Source: Utricularia gibba (Eukaryota > Plantae > Magnoliophyta). From it: a stretch of DNA of 64,000 bases. Below the pieces are notes generated by a model that was not told the origin of the DNA, searched no databases, and worked only from the letters and a program-made list of their open reading frames with translations. Position 1 is the stretch's first letter, and every line of letters begins with the position of its first letter. The stretch is from contig NEEC01000021.1 of assembly GCA_002189035.1 (NCBI GenBank), positions 1,054,001-1,118,000 of the forward strand, in the 5' to 3' direction. The translations under genes and the position numbers were made by a program. This document shows, one piece after another, positions 1 to 12,908 of this stretch.

Positions 1-529
1 GTTACGGGTAAAATCGTATCCGGTGGGAGGCCGATTTAAGGTGATAGGTGCGATCGGGAATGTCACACTTAGTCGCGTTTTTCACGGCTCGTTCAATTGA
101 AGTAAAAGTGAGTGAAGATTTTTACGTAGAAACCGTCGGAAAGCGGAAAAACCACGGAGATACTGGAGCTTACCGGGAAAGATTTCCACTAGATCAAGAT
201 GGCGAAGAGGGGAATACAAGTTCAAAAATCCTCTTTTTCTTTGTCTCCCTGGCGCTCGTCATAATTCCTTCTAGTTATAGGAGAGGTCACTCTGACCGAA
301 TTCTGATGTCTGCAAATATCGATTGCTTTATGCTTCTGCTATGTGATCTCGCTTTTCAGATATTGGCCGTCTATCATGCCGTAATTCGACCACTTTTTAG
401 ACTGTGTCATGCGGCCGTATTTGTCAGATTTCTGACAGATATCGGTCTGTCGACCGGCATTATCCCCCCAAAGTTTCTTTTGACAGCCTTTTAGATGCCG
501 ATTACGTCTGGCCGATTTATCCCCTATCA
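1..529 (-). repeat. 3' LTR (its terminal T lies just outside the window)
   Basis: Reads gttacgggtaaaatc...atcccctatca. It aligns over its full length to 9503-10031 with roughly 35-40 differences counted by eye. Confidence 0.95.
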
Positions 530-657
530 TTCAGCCCTCTGATTCGCCGATATTGGCCCTTCCGGGATAAGTCGGGGAATCAGAATCACCATAATGCCGA
601 CTTTTGAGGGGCCGCCTTCCACAAATGAGCCACAAACCGCTTTGCACCGATACCTCT

Positions 658-756
658 GCCACGTGTCGGCTCGTAAACATGCCACGTTTTTTCCTGCCCA
701 TCCAGGGTACCTCAAACGTCGTGTCGCTTCGTCTCTCGAATCCTTACATTATAAAT
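658..756 (+). promoter_or_regulatory. Putative internal promoter of the antisense gene (G-box + TATA)
   Basis: GCCACGTGTC at 658-667, GCCACGTT at 681-688 and TATAAAT at 750-756, followed by a pyrimidine-rich leader up to ATG 1035. Confidence 0.5.
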
Positions 757-1034
757 ATCCGCACCCCTTGTCATTTCTCCCCTTTGCTTTCTTCGTTCGC
801 TCGCGAGATTCCAGCGCTCTTTGAACTCCACCGTGCTTGCTGCCGTGTCATCCGCAGGAGATCACAATTTTCCAGGTATCCACTCCTTCTCCGTAACTTT
901 TTGCATCCCTACGGTTGTTTAACTCCCCTTTAGGTCTTCGGGAGTTTTTGACGGGTAGCTACCGCCTTTCTGAGTCGTTTACTCCTAAATTCCGTCTTGT
1001 TCTAGGGTTTGGGGCTTCTTTCGATTTTTCGAAA

Positions 1035-3255
1035 ATGGGTAGGAGATCTAGTGAACTTAACATCCCTCCCTTCACATTCGGTACTCGATTCCTGATGAGT
1101 ATCAACTTTCTCCTGCTCGGGATATCGAAATCCCTTGGGGGATCGTGAGAACCCTTGCCTCCATTCAGTCTTCCGGTCCCGCTCGCCTATTTCGAGAGTG
1201 GTTTACGCTTCCACTCCATCCTTTAATAGTCCGCTTTCTTTACACATTTGCGATTCCGCTTTATTGCCTCGCCCCGAATTCCATATTCTGCTTCACTACC
1301 TTCCTCTTCTATTCGGCCGGTATGGATCCGGTTATGACTCTAATAGACTTTCTCCATCTCTTCAAGGTTGCCGTGCGTAAAGCGAAGTCCCCGATGGATG
1401 GCCGATCTCATTTTCAGTTCCGCCGATTTGAAGATAACCCCACTTTGTTGTTAAGGCCCCCGATACCCACCATGATTGGTGGTCTTCTTTTGTTTGGGTA
1501 GCTCCCCTCTGGGTTCTCGGTGGAACTTCCCAGTCGATCCTCCAACTCCTTTCCGGATCAAAATCTTTGGTGCGTATCGGTCTTCTTCCGAATCTCGTGA
1601 AGTTCTGTATGAGAGGCTTAGTCGAGGCTCAGTTCGGTACGAGTCTCGTGCCTTGATGTTCTCGGGTGAGTCGCTGAAAAGATCAGATATTATCGGTCGT
1701 TCTTGAGACCCCATTGGCCCGATATCATTCCTTTCGACGGTGCCTATTCGAGAAACATTCCTCTTGACCCCCCTCCATCACTTCCTCTTGTTTCGGCTTC
1801 ATCCCGATCCCCCCACCTGTTCAAACGGGGCCCCCAAGAAAAAGAAGAGGGTTAAAGCACTCGCGCACAAACCCTCAAAGTGGTAAAGAGGTAGTTGGGC
1901 TCAGCTTTCCCGAGTTTCAGAATCGGCACTATGCCTTATTGCTTTTCCTACTTTCGTTTTCAGCTGAAGAGATGGCTCGGAGAAACTCCCTGGAAGATTC
2001 GGTGATGGCGCGGTTCTCTACCGAGATGCAGAGGGCCAGGAACCCGAGGTGCCCTCCCCTGCACAGGTCTGTCTTCTATCTAACAGTTACCGTGAATTCC
2101 CGTTTATAATCTTTTTTCGGTTTTTCTTCTAGATTGCTACCTTTGGGGCTCATCCGGATGCCGCCGATCTCTCCTCGGGGGAGGATCAAGTGGTAGAAGT
2201 CTCCGAGACTTAGGAGTTGACTCCTCGTCCTTCAGCCAGAAAAGGGAAAGAGAAACTTCCACCATCACCCAATCTCACCGATGCTCCCATTCCTGATGCG
2301 AGGTTCTTTTCGGCTGATGCTTCGACATCAGCTCCCCCATTCGAGATATAGAGGGATTCTGCCCTTGTGGAAGTAAGGGATAACCCGGTGCCCCCTCCAC
2401 CTTCAGTTCCAGCTGAACTAAGGAGAATCCTGGATGGAGCTATGCCTAGTACCTCGGACGTTCGGCCGGAGACGGTACTTGAAGGGATCTGGCAGGTACG
2501 CATCCCGTTTCCTCTTCTAAATTCTAAGTAGTCGGTTCTTGACTTGGCAATATTCCTTCAGGCTTTAACTCTTGGGTGGAGAGTGGTTAGAGAGATTGGT
2601 TCTCAATCGGAGGCAGTCTCTCGACTTCAAGCCCAGGTTGTGGCTCAGGAGTCCAGATAAAGTTGCTAGAGGAGGAGGGGAGTTCGCTGAAGACCGTTTT
2701 AGGGAAACGCACCCGCCAGGAGGAAGAATTGCGGAATGTGATCGAGGAAATGGGAAAGGCGGTTGACGACGCTAAATCGGAGAGAGAAGGCTTCAAAGTC
2801 CGATTTGAGGAGAAGCGGAGTTAGAGCATTCCAGGGGCCGCATCTTGGCATTAGAGGCCGAATTGCTTGATCAACAAGCATCTCCGCGGGTCTTCTGAAT
2901 GATTTTGTCAACTCGGCCTGTTTCGCCGAACTCTCCGATATCTATGCAGAGACTTAATCGGCTTACTTCTATACCGTCAGAGGCGACAGTTCAGCCGGAA
3001 TTTGGGCTTTCAATCATGGATCTACGCTTCGATAGGGTAAACCCCTTGACGAAGGATGAGAACATGCTTGATGTTATCGCGGATACTTTCCAGGCCCCAG
3101 AGTTCGGGTTCGAAGCTGATCGGGAGCGGCTGATTGCGCTGATTCGGGCGAGGATAGGGCGAGAGAATGATGCCAAGTTGAGAGCCAGGATAGAGCGACA
3201 TACCGGTTCCTCTACCAATCCTCCCGTTAATCCCCCATCTCCCCCTGTACTTTAA
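1035..3255 (+). pseudogene. Antisense extra gene of the retrotransposon: TRP28/Transposase_28-like N-terminus, NLS, C-terminal coiled coil, spliced, degenerate
   Basis: ATG at 1035. Joining frames gives YFESGLRF-PLHPLIVRFL…LAPNSIFCFTTF and HDWWSSFVWV (~1180-1510). PKKKKRV lies at 1833-1853. Candidate GT-AG introns at ~1883/1891-1963, 2067-2132 and 2496-2561. Heptad-like AVSRLQAQVVAQES…RQEEELRNVIEEM after 2562, and stop at 3255. Confidence 0.72.
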
Positions 3256-4046
3256 TAACTTTTTTAACTTGGTGTATTTTTCTCCTCTGCGTGGGGTTTC
3301 TTGAACATTTTTGATATCCCAATTCGGGATTTCTTCTAATTTACTCCATTTTTTGCGCATCATTTCTGCCTTTGATGATATCACATTTCGGGGGGAACCC
3401 CGAGTTGGTTTGTTATGTCTATCACGTGCTTAGACTTGGAAGTTTCGCCTATGCTTTTGTGATCCGGGGGCGGGTATCTCTTCGTCAACCCTTTAGTTGG
3501 GCTTTTTAATTTCCGTTTGCCTTAGTATTTCCTCATGCGAGCTGAACTGCTGCTAAGGAAGTAGGTCGGAACCCCTCATGAGTTGAGCAACTTCCCCAAT
3601 CCGGAAGGGCCCTCTTCTGGCCGAACCCCATTGGGTGGATTTGCTTTGGGTGCTCTTGTCGTCTCGAGATTTCGACAATAAGTTCAATACTTAAGGGCTT
3701 TTCAGGACTTACGCATGCGGTTTACGGGAACCGGTGCCCGAATTATACCAGAGCTTATTCTTGTCACCGACTTATGCCTGGGTTTGGGGGATCACTTGTA
3801 TATATATCGGGGAGATCCCGAGTTGGTTTGCTGTGTCCTGCAGGGGATTTGCCTGGGCTCGCGTTGTTTGGCCAGGGCTTGTGGTTTAAATCTTTTAGGG
3901 TCTGCTTGGGCTTACTCAACTCGGCCAGGGCTTATGGTTTCGTTTACTCATCTCCACTTTGGAGGAATTTACAGGCACTTGAGTGTTTTGAGGAAGAGAA
4001 TACCGAATTCTGCACACTCCTGTGATGGAGATTGACATTGACCCAG

Positions 4047-7000
4047 TTAGGTGTAGAATTTCTTTAGGTGTGATGCATTCCACGACCTTGAGAATTCCAC
4101 GCCGTCTAATTGTTCTAGACGATACGCTCCTTTTCCGATTACCCTTGAAATCCGATAAGGGCCTTCCCACTTGCGATCTAATTTTCCAACATATCTCTCT
4201 GGTTGAATGCTTCGGAGCACCAAATCTCCCTCAGAGAATTCCCTTGGGGACACCGACTTGTTATATCTCTTCTCCGTTCTCCTCTGATGAGCCCCTAGTC
4301 GGCTATAGATGCTTTGCCGTTTTTCTTCCAACAGTTCCAACTCCAGTTTTCACAGGTCAGCATTTTCTTTTTCATTATAATGTTCCACCCGGTAGCTCTT
4401 CAGGGTTAGTTCGATAGGGCATATGGCTTCTGAACCGTAAACCAATAAGAACGGGGATTCTTCTGTGGTGGTCTGAGGGGTGGTGCGATATGACCACAGC
4501 ACTTCATCCAAGTGATCTGCCCATGACCCTCCAAAATCTTCAAGCTTAGTTTTCATTCCTAGCCTGAGCGTTCGATTCGTTACCTCTGTGAGACCATTGC
4601 TCTGCAGGTGATATACCGAGGTGAAGTTTTGCTTGACCATATATTTATCCAGGAATGCCTCCATTCTTCCTCCAACGAATTGGGTTCCATTATCGGTCAC
4701 TAGTTCTTGAGGGAACCCGAACCGGATGAAGATATTTCTCCACAAAAACCGACTCTGATATTTTTGCCACGGCTTCGGCCTCCACCAATTTGGATAAATA
4801 CTCGACTCCCACGATGACAAATTTCCTTTGGCTCGAGGTTTGGGGGAACGCCCTATAATATCCACTCCCCATCGATCGAATGGGCATGAGAATGGAAGAG
4901 AGGTCAGGTTATTTACCGCTTTCTCGATGTACTCGCATGATATTTGCATACTTTGCATTTGTTCACCATTTTGGTAATATCCCGCTCCATAGTTGGCCAA
5001 TAATACCCGGTTCTCAAGGCTTTCCTGCATAAGAATCGTATCCCGACGTGGCTGCCACATTCCCCTTCATGCAGATCGGTTATAAGTTCTTGAGAATGCT
5101 TTGACCCGATACACTTCAAGAGGGGTCCAACTAAGGATCTGCGATAGAGAATTCCATTTACCAGTGTATATCTCTTTGCTCTAATCTCTAACCGTTGGGC
5201 TTCGATTTATCAGATGGTGTTTCTCCATTTCGTAGATACAAGACGTAGGGGGATGTCCAATCATCGAGGTGACTCAGCTGTGGAGAGATATCATTTCCTG
5301 GTTGCTGGGTAATATAATTCACGGCTTGCAAGGTCGCTGAAGGTTGATCCCGCAACCGAATCGTCACACTTCCCTCAGCTCATGAAACCCTGCAGAAAAT
5401 CGGGCGAGGCTATCTACGGATCCGTTCTCCTCGCGCGCTACATGCGACAGGGTGAATTCCTTGAAGGTTTTTGCCAGCTCCTTTACCTGAATATGGTACA
5501 AGCCATGAGGGAGTCATGGGTCTCGTATTCACCCGAAAACTGTCCTTACACAAGTCGTGAATCAGTGTAGACGTCGAGCTCCGCAACTCCTAGTTCCTTG
5601 GCAATTTTCATTCCTTCAATCAAGGCTTCATATTCAGCCACATTGTTGGAGGCTGGGAATAAGAATTTCACGTGATATAAATGTGTTCCCCGTCCTGGGT
5701 TCGGATGTCTATTCCTCCTCCAGCGCCGTTGTATGTCGAACCATCAACGTGCATGCCCATCGGTCACTGGCTTCTTCAAAACGGTCTATAGACCTGGTAA
5801 TTTCGACCACAAAAGCGGCAAGAGGTTGGGCCTTGATTGCTGTTCTCGATTTAATTTCAATATCCATTGTACTGAATTCGACCGCCCATTTGGCAACCCT
5901 TCCGGAAATCTCTGGTCCAGATAGGATATTCTTTAAAGGCTGATTGATGAATACCACGATTTGCCGATCTTGGAAATATGACCTCAGTTTTGTGGCCGCC
6001 ATCTTCAAAGCCAAGATGAATTTTTCTGTCACCGTATACCGGGTTTCGGCCGGTAACAGAACCTTGCTCACATAATACACCGGCAAGTGTTTTTCTGTCG
6101 AGATGGTTGTCAAACTGCGCTGACTGCAACAGGCAATATAGATAGATATAGTCCTAAGGGCTCTCCTGCTTTCGGAGCCACAAGAAGCGGGTGTGATGAG
6201 AGATATTCCTTGAGTTTTTCAAAGGCAGTCCGGCAATCCTCGTTCCATTCTAAAGCGTTTCCCTTTCGCAAGACCTTGAAGAAGGATGCCGACTTATCGG
6301 CTTACCGAGATATGAAGAGGCTGAGAGCAGTCAATTTACCCGTGAGACTCTGGTACTCCTTGATAGTTCTTGGGGGTTGCATTTCGCATATTGCCTTAAT
6401 CTTCTCGAGGTCAGCCTCGATTCCTCTCTCCGATACATAATGCCCCAGGAATTTTCCGCTTCGCACCCCGAAGCAACATTTCAGTGGGTTGAGTTTTAAC
6501 CCGTATGACCGGCACAGAGAGAAACAAGAATCCAAATACGCTAAGTGGTCTTCTTCATGCATAGATTTTATGATCATATCGTCCACATATACCTCCATCG
6601 AGGTACCGATTTCAGAAAAGAATATTTTATTTACTAACCTCTGATAAGTCGCCCCAGCATTCTTTAGACCGAAAAGCATGGCCTCGTAGCAGTAAACCCT
6701 ATCCTTGGTGTAGAAGGTGGTTTTCGGTTGGTCTCTCTCAGCAACGAAAATTTGGAGGTATCCTGAATAGGCATCCATGGTGTTCAGGAATCGGGATCCG
6801 GCAATGGCGTCCACTAGCTTGTCAATCTTTGGCAAAGGATAAGGGTCCCTTTCGCAGCAGGCGTTGAGGTCGGTGAAGTGAATGCACATCCTCCATTTTC
6901 CCCCGGGCTTACCCACTCGGAGTACTGGATCTTCACATAACCAGCTTCCAAGAGCATAACCAGCTTCCAAGAGCTCCCTTGTTTTTTCTTTGATAATTCT

Positions 7001-7927
7001 TTTCCTTTGAGAAATGCCGTTGCTTCTGCTGAACCGGTTTTTGCCCCCGGGTAGGTATCAATGTGATGCTCGGCAACGGATCTATCAATGCCTACAAAGT
7101 CTGTAGCAGTCCAGGAAAAATATCGGCGTTCTTCATCAAAAGTTCAACTAACCTCTTCTCAAATCCGGTGTCCAGATTAGCACCAATGCGGGTTGCTTTC
7201 TGCGTATCTTTTGGTACTAGTTGCACCGACTTGTACCCTACTGGTTCCATTGCTTGTCTGGGGGGTTCTCGGGGTTCCTTTTCTACCATCATCACTCTCG
7301 GCTTTTTCGCGCAGGGGTCTTGGTAGGAAAATACATAACAGGACCGAGCGGTTGGTTGGTCGATGCCCATCGTGCAAATGCCCCTCGAAGTCGGGAATTT
7401 AATTTTCAAATGCACAGTGGAGGGTATCATACTGAATTGGTTGATGCCGGGTCGCCCGAGGATGATGTTGTATGAGATCTCTGAATCTAGATCAAGAATT
7501 CCAACCTCTCGGTTCGGTTCTGCCCTGCCGCTCCGAATGTTACGGGCAAGGTTATTTTCCTGATAGTTTGCACGGCCCGCTGATCGAAGGCATATAACTC
7601 CATTCGCACGTGGCGGATGTTTCCCTCGTTGGATGATGCCAGTAACTCGGCTACTTCCTTCTTCATGATGTTGCAGAAGGATCCTTGATCAATAAGAATC
7701 CTTCTTACCTTGGTGCTCCTGCATATTTTCGATACCACCAAAGGTTCATCTCTTGCAGTTGGGGCGATTGGGACGCCTCGGCCGAAGAAGCTGATCTCTT
7801 CTTTTTCCCAAGCAGTTTTCTCAGTTGGACCATTTCCGATCTTGAAAACTTCTCCTCTTCTGGCTTCATCCAAATATCTCTTCCGCGCTTTTTCGGATAC
7901 ATCCATTTCGGTCCCTCCGGATATCAC
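4047..7927 (-). pseudogene. Retrotransposon pol (protease, RT, RNase H, archaeal-type RNase H, integrase), fragmented
   Basis: Protease RILIDQGS (7487-7927); RT TDLNACC…PYPLPKID…YVDDM (6302-6970); RH PVYYVSKVL…ETRY (5709-6113); aRH SNNVAEYEALIEG…VYTDSRLV (~5380-5760); INT HEGECGSH…CKVC, WGVDIIG, DNGTQF, SNGLTEVTN, WEGPY…WNASHLK (4047-5119). Confidence 0.93.
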
Positions 7928-9424
7928 ATGGATTTCCCGAATGTAGGGGGACTACCTTGCATTTGGTGTGAATTCCGTGAACTTTCTGGTATGTCTTGTC
8001 CTCCTCCGAGATTCGGTTCCCTGCTGGCTCTCGAGTCTTCCTCACTGGTTTTGGGGGGAACTTCGGATATCGGTTACCTTCATTCCCGGTTCGTTCGTTA
8101 CGCCTTCTTTTCCGGTCCGTCATCGATGCGGGGTTTCGTATTGCGTTGCTCATTTCCCGCCAGCATGATATTGCTCGATCATCCTTTTCATTACTCAGCA
8201 GTTTGCAGTATCATGCCCGTTGGTCTTGTGTATTTCGTAGTAGATATATGTTCTGGTTGGTTCCACCTGATATATTTCATGGCGCTTGCTGCGGGCTCGG
8301 CGGGCTCGGACGGATCTCCACGCGGCTTTTCATCTCGGCCCTGAGGTCGTCGTCAACTCGAATGTACTTCATGATTTTCCTTAGCAATTCTCCGAGATTC
8401 TTTTTGGGGACTTTGATAGACTCTGTCCCAATTTCGATGTTCCTAAGGCCCGTTTCATTATTTTCACCCTCTACTTTAAATCCAGCTGGACGTCTTGCGC
8501 TTGACAGCTACATCGGTCGATGAACCTTCTCAAACTCTCTTTTCGGTGGTCATACCGAACAGAGTATAATGCTGCCTTTGAAGGTGGAGCTTCGATGTTG
8601 ACAGCGTATCGAGTAGTGAAAAGCAGCACTAACTCCCGATAATATGCCACGCTGCATGGTTCTAACTGTTTGAACCATGTCTTTGCTCCTTTTTGGAGCG
8701 AGCAAGCGAATAGCTTACACTTCATGGCCTCTGAATGTCAAACCGTGGACATCCTCATATCGAAGTCGGTTACGTGCAATATGAGGTCCCCTTTCCTGTC
8801 ATACGTGGGTAATCTGTTGGGACCCTGAATCCTCTCTCGGGTTCTTCCTCGACTAAATCGTCCGAGAAGGGGTCAAAACGCAGCGTTGTGATCCCAGCTG
8901 CTCCCTCAACCCCACTCTTCAAGGCCAAAGCGATGTCGGCCAGAACGTCCCCAAACCTGGTAGATACGTTCTGATCGAAAACGTCCTTGAAGCCCCTATC
9001 CTCTCTTCTCCCCGTCGATCTCCGCTTGTTGATAAGTCTTCTCCTCTCGCAGATCTGATCTAACTCTCTCTTCAGCTCTCCTTTCCTTTCTTCCAAGATT
9101 TTTCCAGCCATGTTTTCCCTATTAGTTCCTGGCTCATATATGACTTGGTTGCACCTCTTTCTTCGCAGCATCTCCTCCTCGATTTCGGATTCAGTCTCCG
9201 TATCCGGGGGTAATCCAGAATAAGAGGTTGCTTCTCCGTTCGTGGTGCAGTTTTGGGTGTTCCCTCCTGGGCGTTGGAGTTGAACCTGAAGGTGCCCGGA
9301 GGTCGGCGAGGATTTCCGTTAGCAGGGCCTTCAGTTGCTCCCTGCTGGTGATCATAAGGCCGAGGTCTCGAGCGTCGGCGCTTTCGTCCTGAGCCGGGTC
9401 GGTGGCTGTGCTATTTTCCGCCAT
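7866..9424 (-). pseudogene. Retrotransposon gag, fragmented
   Basis: ORF pieces 9191-9424, 8770-9171, 8471-8725 (KLFACSLQKGAKTWFKQLEPCSV…FTTRY, Retrotrans_gag-like) and 7866-8153. Confidence 0.8.
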
Positions 9425-9480
9425 GATCCGTGATTAACGGGTGGCTCCTGTGGGTTTCTCAAGTGGGGCTGTGGAACGTC

Positions 9481-9498
9481 GCCCCACGGTGGGCGCCA
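9481..9498 (-). promoter_or_regulatory. Primer binding site, tRNA-Lys(CUU)
   Basis: The minus strand reads TGGCGCCCACCGTGGGGC 4 nt from the LTR, complementary to the 3' end of plant tRNA-Lys (…GCCCCACGGTGGGCGCCA). Confidence 0.9.
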
Positions 9499-9502
9499 AT
9501 AA

Positions 9503-10031
9503 TGTTACGGGTAAAATCGGTATCCAGTGGGAGGATGATTTAAGGTGATAGGTGCGATCATGAATGTCACACTTAGTCACGTTTTTCACGGCTGGTTCAA
9601 TTGAAGTAAAAGTGAGCGAAGATTTTTACGTGGAAACCGCCGAAAGCGGAAAAACTACGGAGCTACCGGAGCTCACCGGAAAGATTTCCACTAGGTCAAG
9701 ATGGCGAAGAGGGGAATACAAGTTCAAAAATCCTCTTTTTCTTTGTCTCCCTGGCGCTCGTCATAATTCCTTCTAGTTATAGGAGAGCTCACTCTGACCG
9801 AATTCTGATGTCTGCAAATATCGGTTGTTTTCTGCTCCTGCTATGCGATCTTGCTTTTCAGATATTGGCCGTCTGTCATGCCGTAATTCGACCACTTTTC
9901 AGACTGTGCCATGCGGCCATATCTGTCAGATTTCTGACAGATATCGGTCTGTCGATCGGCATTATCCCCCCATAATCTCTTTTGGCAGCCTTTTAGATGC
10001 TGATTACGCCTGGTCGATTTATCCCCTATCA
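9503..10031 (-). repeat. 5' LTR
   Basis: Reads tgttacgggtaaaatc...cccctatca (529 bp), directly followed on the minus strand by the PBS. Confidence 0.95.
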
Positions 10032-12908
10032 TTTATCTATACAAACTATATTTCTATCATATTGGAAATTCATATAAGATTAGTATAATGTACTTTCACT
10101 CTTTATCAATGTAATCAATGAGGTTTATACTACCACCAATTATAGGCATGAGTTTGTATCTTATATAGATAACTTGTTTAAACCAATCAATTTTCTAAAA
10201 AATTTAAAATATAATTAAAAATTATAAATCTCAATTCAACTCATTATATAAAAAAGATCTTCGATTCGATTCTATTAATATCTAATATTTCAAATACTTC
10301 TGTATTTGTATTGGATCGATAATCATTCCACATTCCATATGGCATACTTTTTCAAGAATGCTAATCCTTTGGAGGGCAGTACAACATAAGCCTACTGATT
10401 AATGTTTGAAAAATGTTATGTTTTTTAGTAAACCACCACTTGTTGCCAATTATTGGTCTAGGGTAGTTATGGTAAAGAGGTCTTTGTTGGTAGTTGCAAT
10501 TCATTAAATTTGCTCATACATTATAAGTTTTATTAATTTATTTCATTATTAAAAATAGCTATATTTCAAGATATTTAATATCCCATAAAGAAAATACCAA
10601 ATAAAATATAAAAAATAATATAAAGACTTTTTTTGGTAATTTTACAAAAAAAAAATTTGTAACAAATATAATTGATTTATATTTTTAAAAAATAAAAATT
10701 TAGAAATCATTCTTATTTTTAATAAACTACAAGACCATTGATTCTGATTTTGTTTTGTTTTGATTTTTAAAAATATTTTTCGAATGAAAACCCTTATAAA
10801 TTTATTTTAAAATAAAAATGATATTTATGGGATAATATCATTATTTAAAAACGTTTTTTTTTAAATATAAAATAAGTATCAAACTTCAAGGAGCATAATG
10901 CATCCAAAAGATTCTGACGTGTACTGATGGGCCCACATTTCGGATTTCCAAATCCACGTCATGTCCAGCACTGTTTTTTTAGTTCAAATGGATCTTTCAC
11001 AAGATAATGCATCACAAGGGACACGACAAGCAATGTATGAACACATGGAACAACACTCCCACATAACTTATCTCGTTTGATCACGTGATAATTTTTTTTT
11101 TAAATATCATTCATATTTCTTGTGTATTTCAATTTTAACTACGTCATTAGTAAAATATTCACCTCCCACTAACCATACTACTTTGATCACATTTTAAATG
11201 AAAATAGCTATTAGTTATTAAAAAAGGGCTTTTTAAATCAATAGTGGAATTAGGAATAAATATCAAATAATTAATCACTAATCATAAGTTCAAAGTTCAA
11301 TAATTACACACATTTTCGTTATTGATCAAATGGACAATTATGTCCCTTTCTCCAACTAAATGATCTCAATGTAAATGTTTTGTCTTTATTGTTTGAGAAA
11401 TTGTATGTTTTTGAAACAAGTCCAAACATTTGGATGAATTATTACTATAATACACTTTGTTGAATTAATTTCAAAATTTTTTTGATCATCAAATATTTTT
11501 TTATTTAGTGATAGTAAAAAGAACTAGAAATACTTAAGTTTAAATATAAAATTTATACAGCATGTGATTTATATATTTGTTCAAAGCATTGAAGTAATTT
11601 TTTTAAAAAAATAAATTTGAATATTCATAAATATTAAAAGAAAATGTTACTATCAATACAATAAATGTGTTATTAACATAAGTGGTGTATATATTATATA
11701 TTTCAAAGATATTTTCATTTTTAAATATTTTTTAAATTTATATTATATTATATAATGATTAGATTAATCATTATTCTTGTGCCACTGTTGACTTCATATG
11801 CATTGGAAATATCCAATGATACTATACATTTTGGATACTTAATTATCACGTTATTTTACGTTTTTTTCGAGCAAATTTTGTATACATAATTAATTTCATT
11901 ATACTTGATTCTTTTCATTAATTTGCATGGAGTGTTTAATGAATATAATTTTTATTCATAAAATCCAAAATTAGTTTTTAAAAATTACTATTATAATCTA
12001 GTTTTGTGTACTAGTCATTGTGGGCACTTCTTGTATGTCTTTTCTTTCCCTTTTTTTATTTGAATAAATAATGAATAATAATTCAAATTAAACAAATCCA
12101 ACACATTTATCTAATGCTGTATCTTGGGCATTGACCAAACCCTATGAAGATTTTTCTGTGGATGAATATTTTATTATAAATATTACTAATAATCATCCAA
12201 AAATGTAATGTTTTTCTAATTATAATAATGTGGAATAATATTTTTTTATTATTATTCTTTAGTGACCTTTATTGGTTCGATAAGATTTTTACTGGCATGT
12301 TGCCTTGATAAGCACGTGACCGTATAAGAGAAAATTCAACCCACGTTTTGAACATTTTTATGTTTATGAATCTCATCAATAACACATCAAAATTAGTCAC
12401 TCACAACTCAGGAATAAAAAAAATGCATATCCCAGTTACAAATAATTCGCTTATAAACTATAGTCTAAATCTTAGTCTATAAATTGGTTTGACCGGTCAA
12501 GTCGATTTATGCTTAGAAAATCCATATCTTACATCCTATATTAGTATAAAATGGATTATTTGCGTCATTGATTCTGATTATTGACGTCATTGGTTCCCAT
12601 TATTTTACAATTTAATGTAATTAGTCATCACTGTTTCAAAAGAATATCAAAAATTGATTACAATAATTCAATGATTATCGCTTACATAAATATTTTTGTA
12701 TAAATAATATATTATTTAAAATAATTGATATTAATAGTCCTCAAATTTGGTAAAATTAGTTTCCAAACAAACTGTTAATTATACCCAGTGTTTAAATAGT
12801 AAAAAATAAAATACGTTGAAAATATAAATTTTATAAATTAATTATGTTCAATATGCTAAAATTTTGGAGATCGATTTTGTCATTAGGAATAAACTAAACA
12901 ATTCATGA

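Larger units (their letters stand above)
1..10031 (-). mobile_element. Ty3/Gypsy LTR retrotransposon, Tat clade (Retand-like), near full-length, degenerate
   Basis: Two LTR copies (1-529, 9503-10031) with TG...CA ends, and a PBS next to the right LTR. Minus-strand domain order is gag-PR-RT-RH-aRH-INT, and an antisense extra gene lies between INT and the 3' LTR. The ORFs are broken by stops and frameshifts. Confidence 0.96.

Noticed and set aside
9481-9498. tRNA-Lys-like sequence as a tRNA gene
   Set aside because: Only the 3' 18 nt including CCA are present, next to the LTR. This is a primer binding site.
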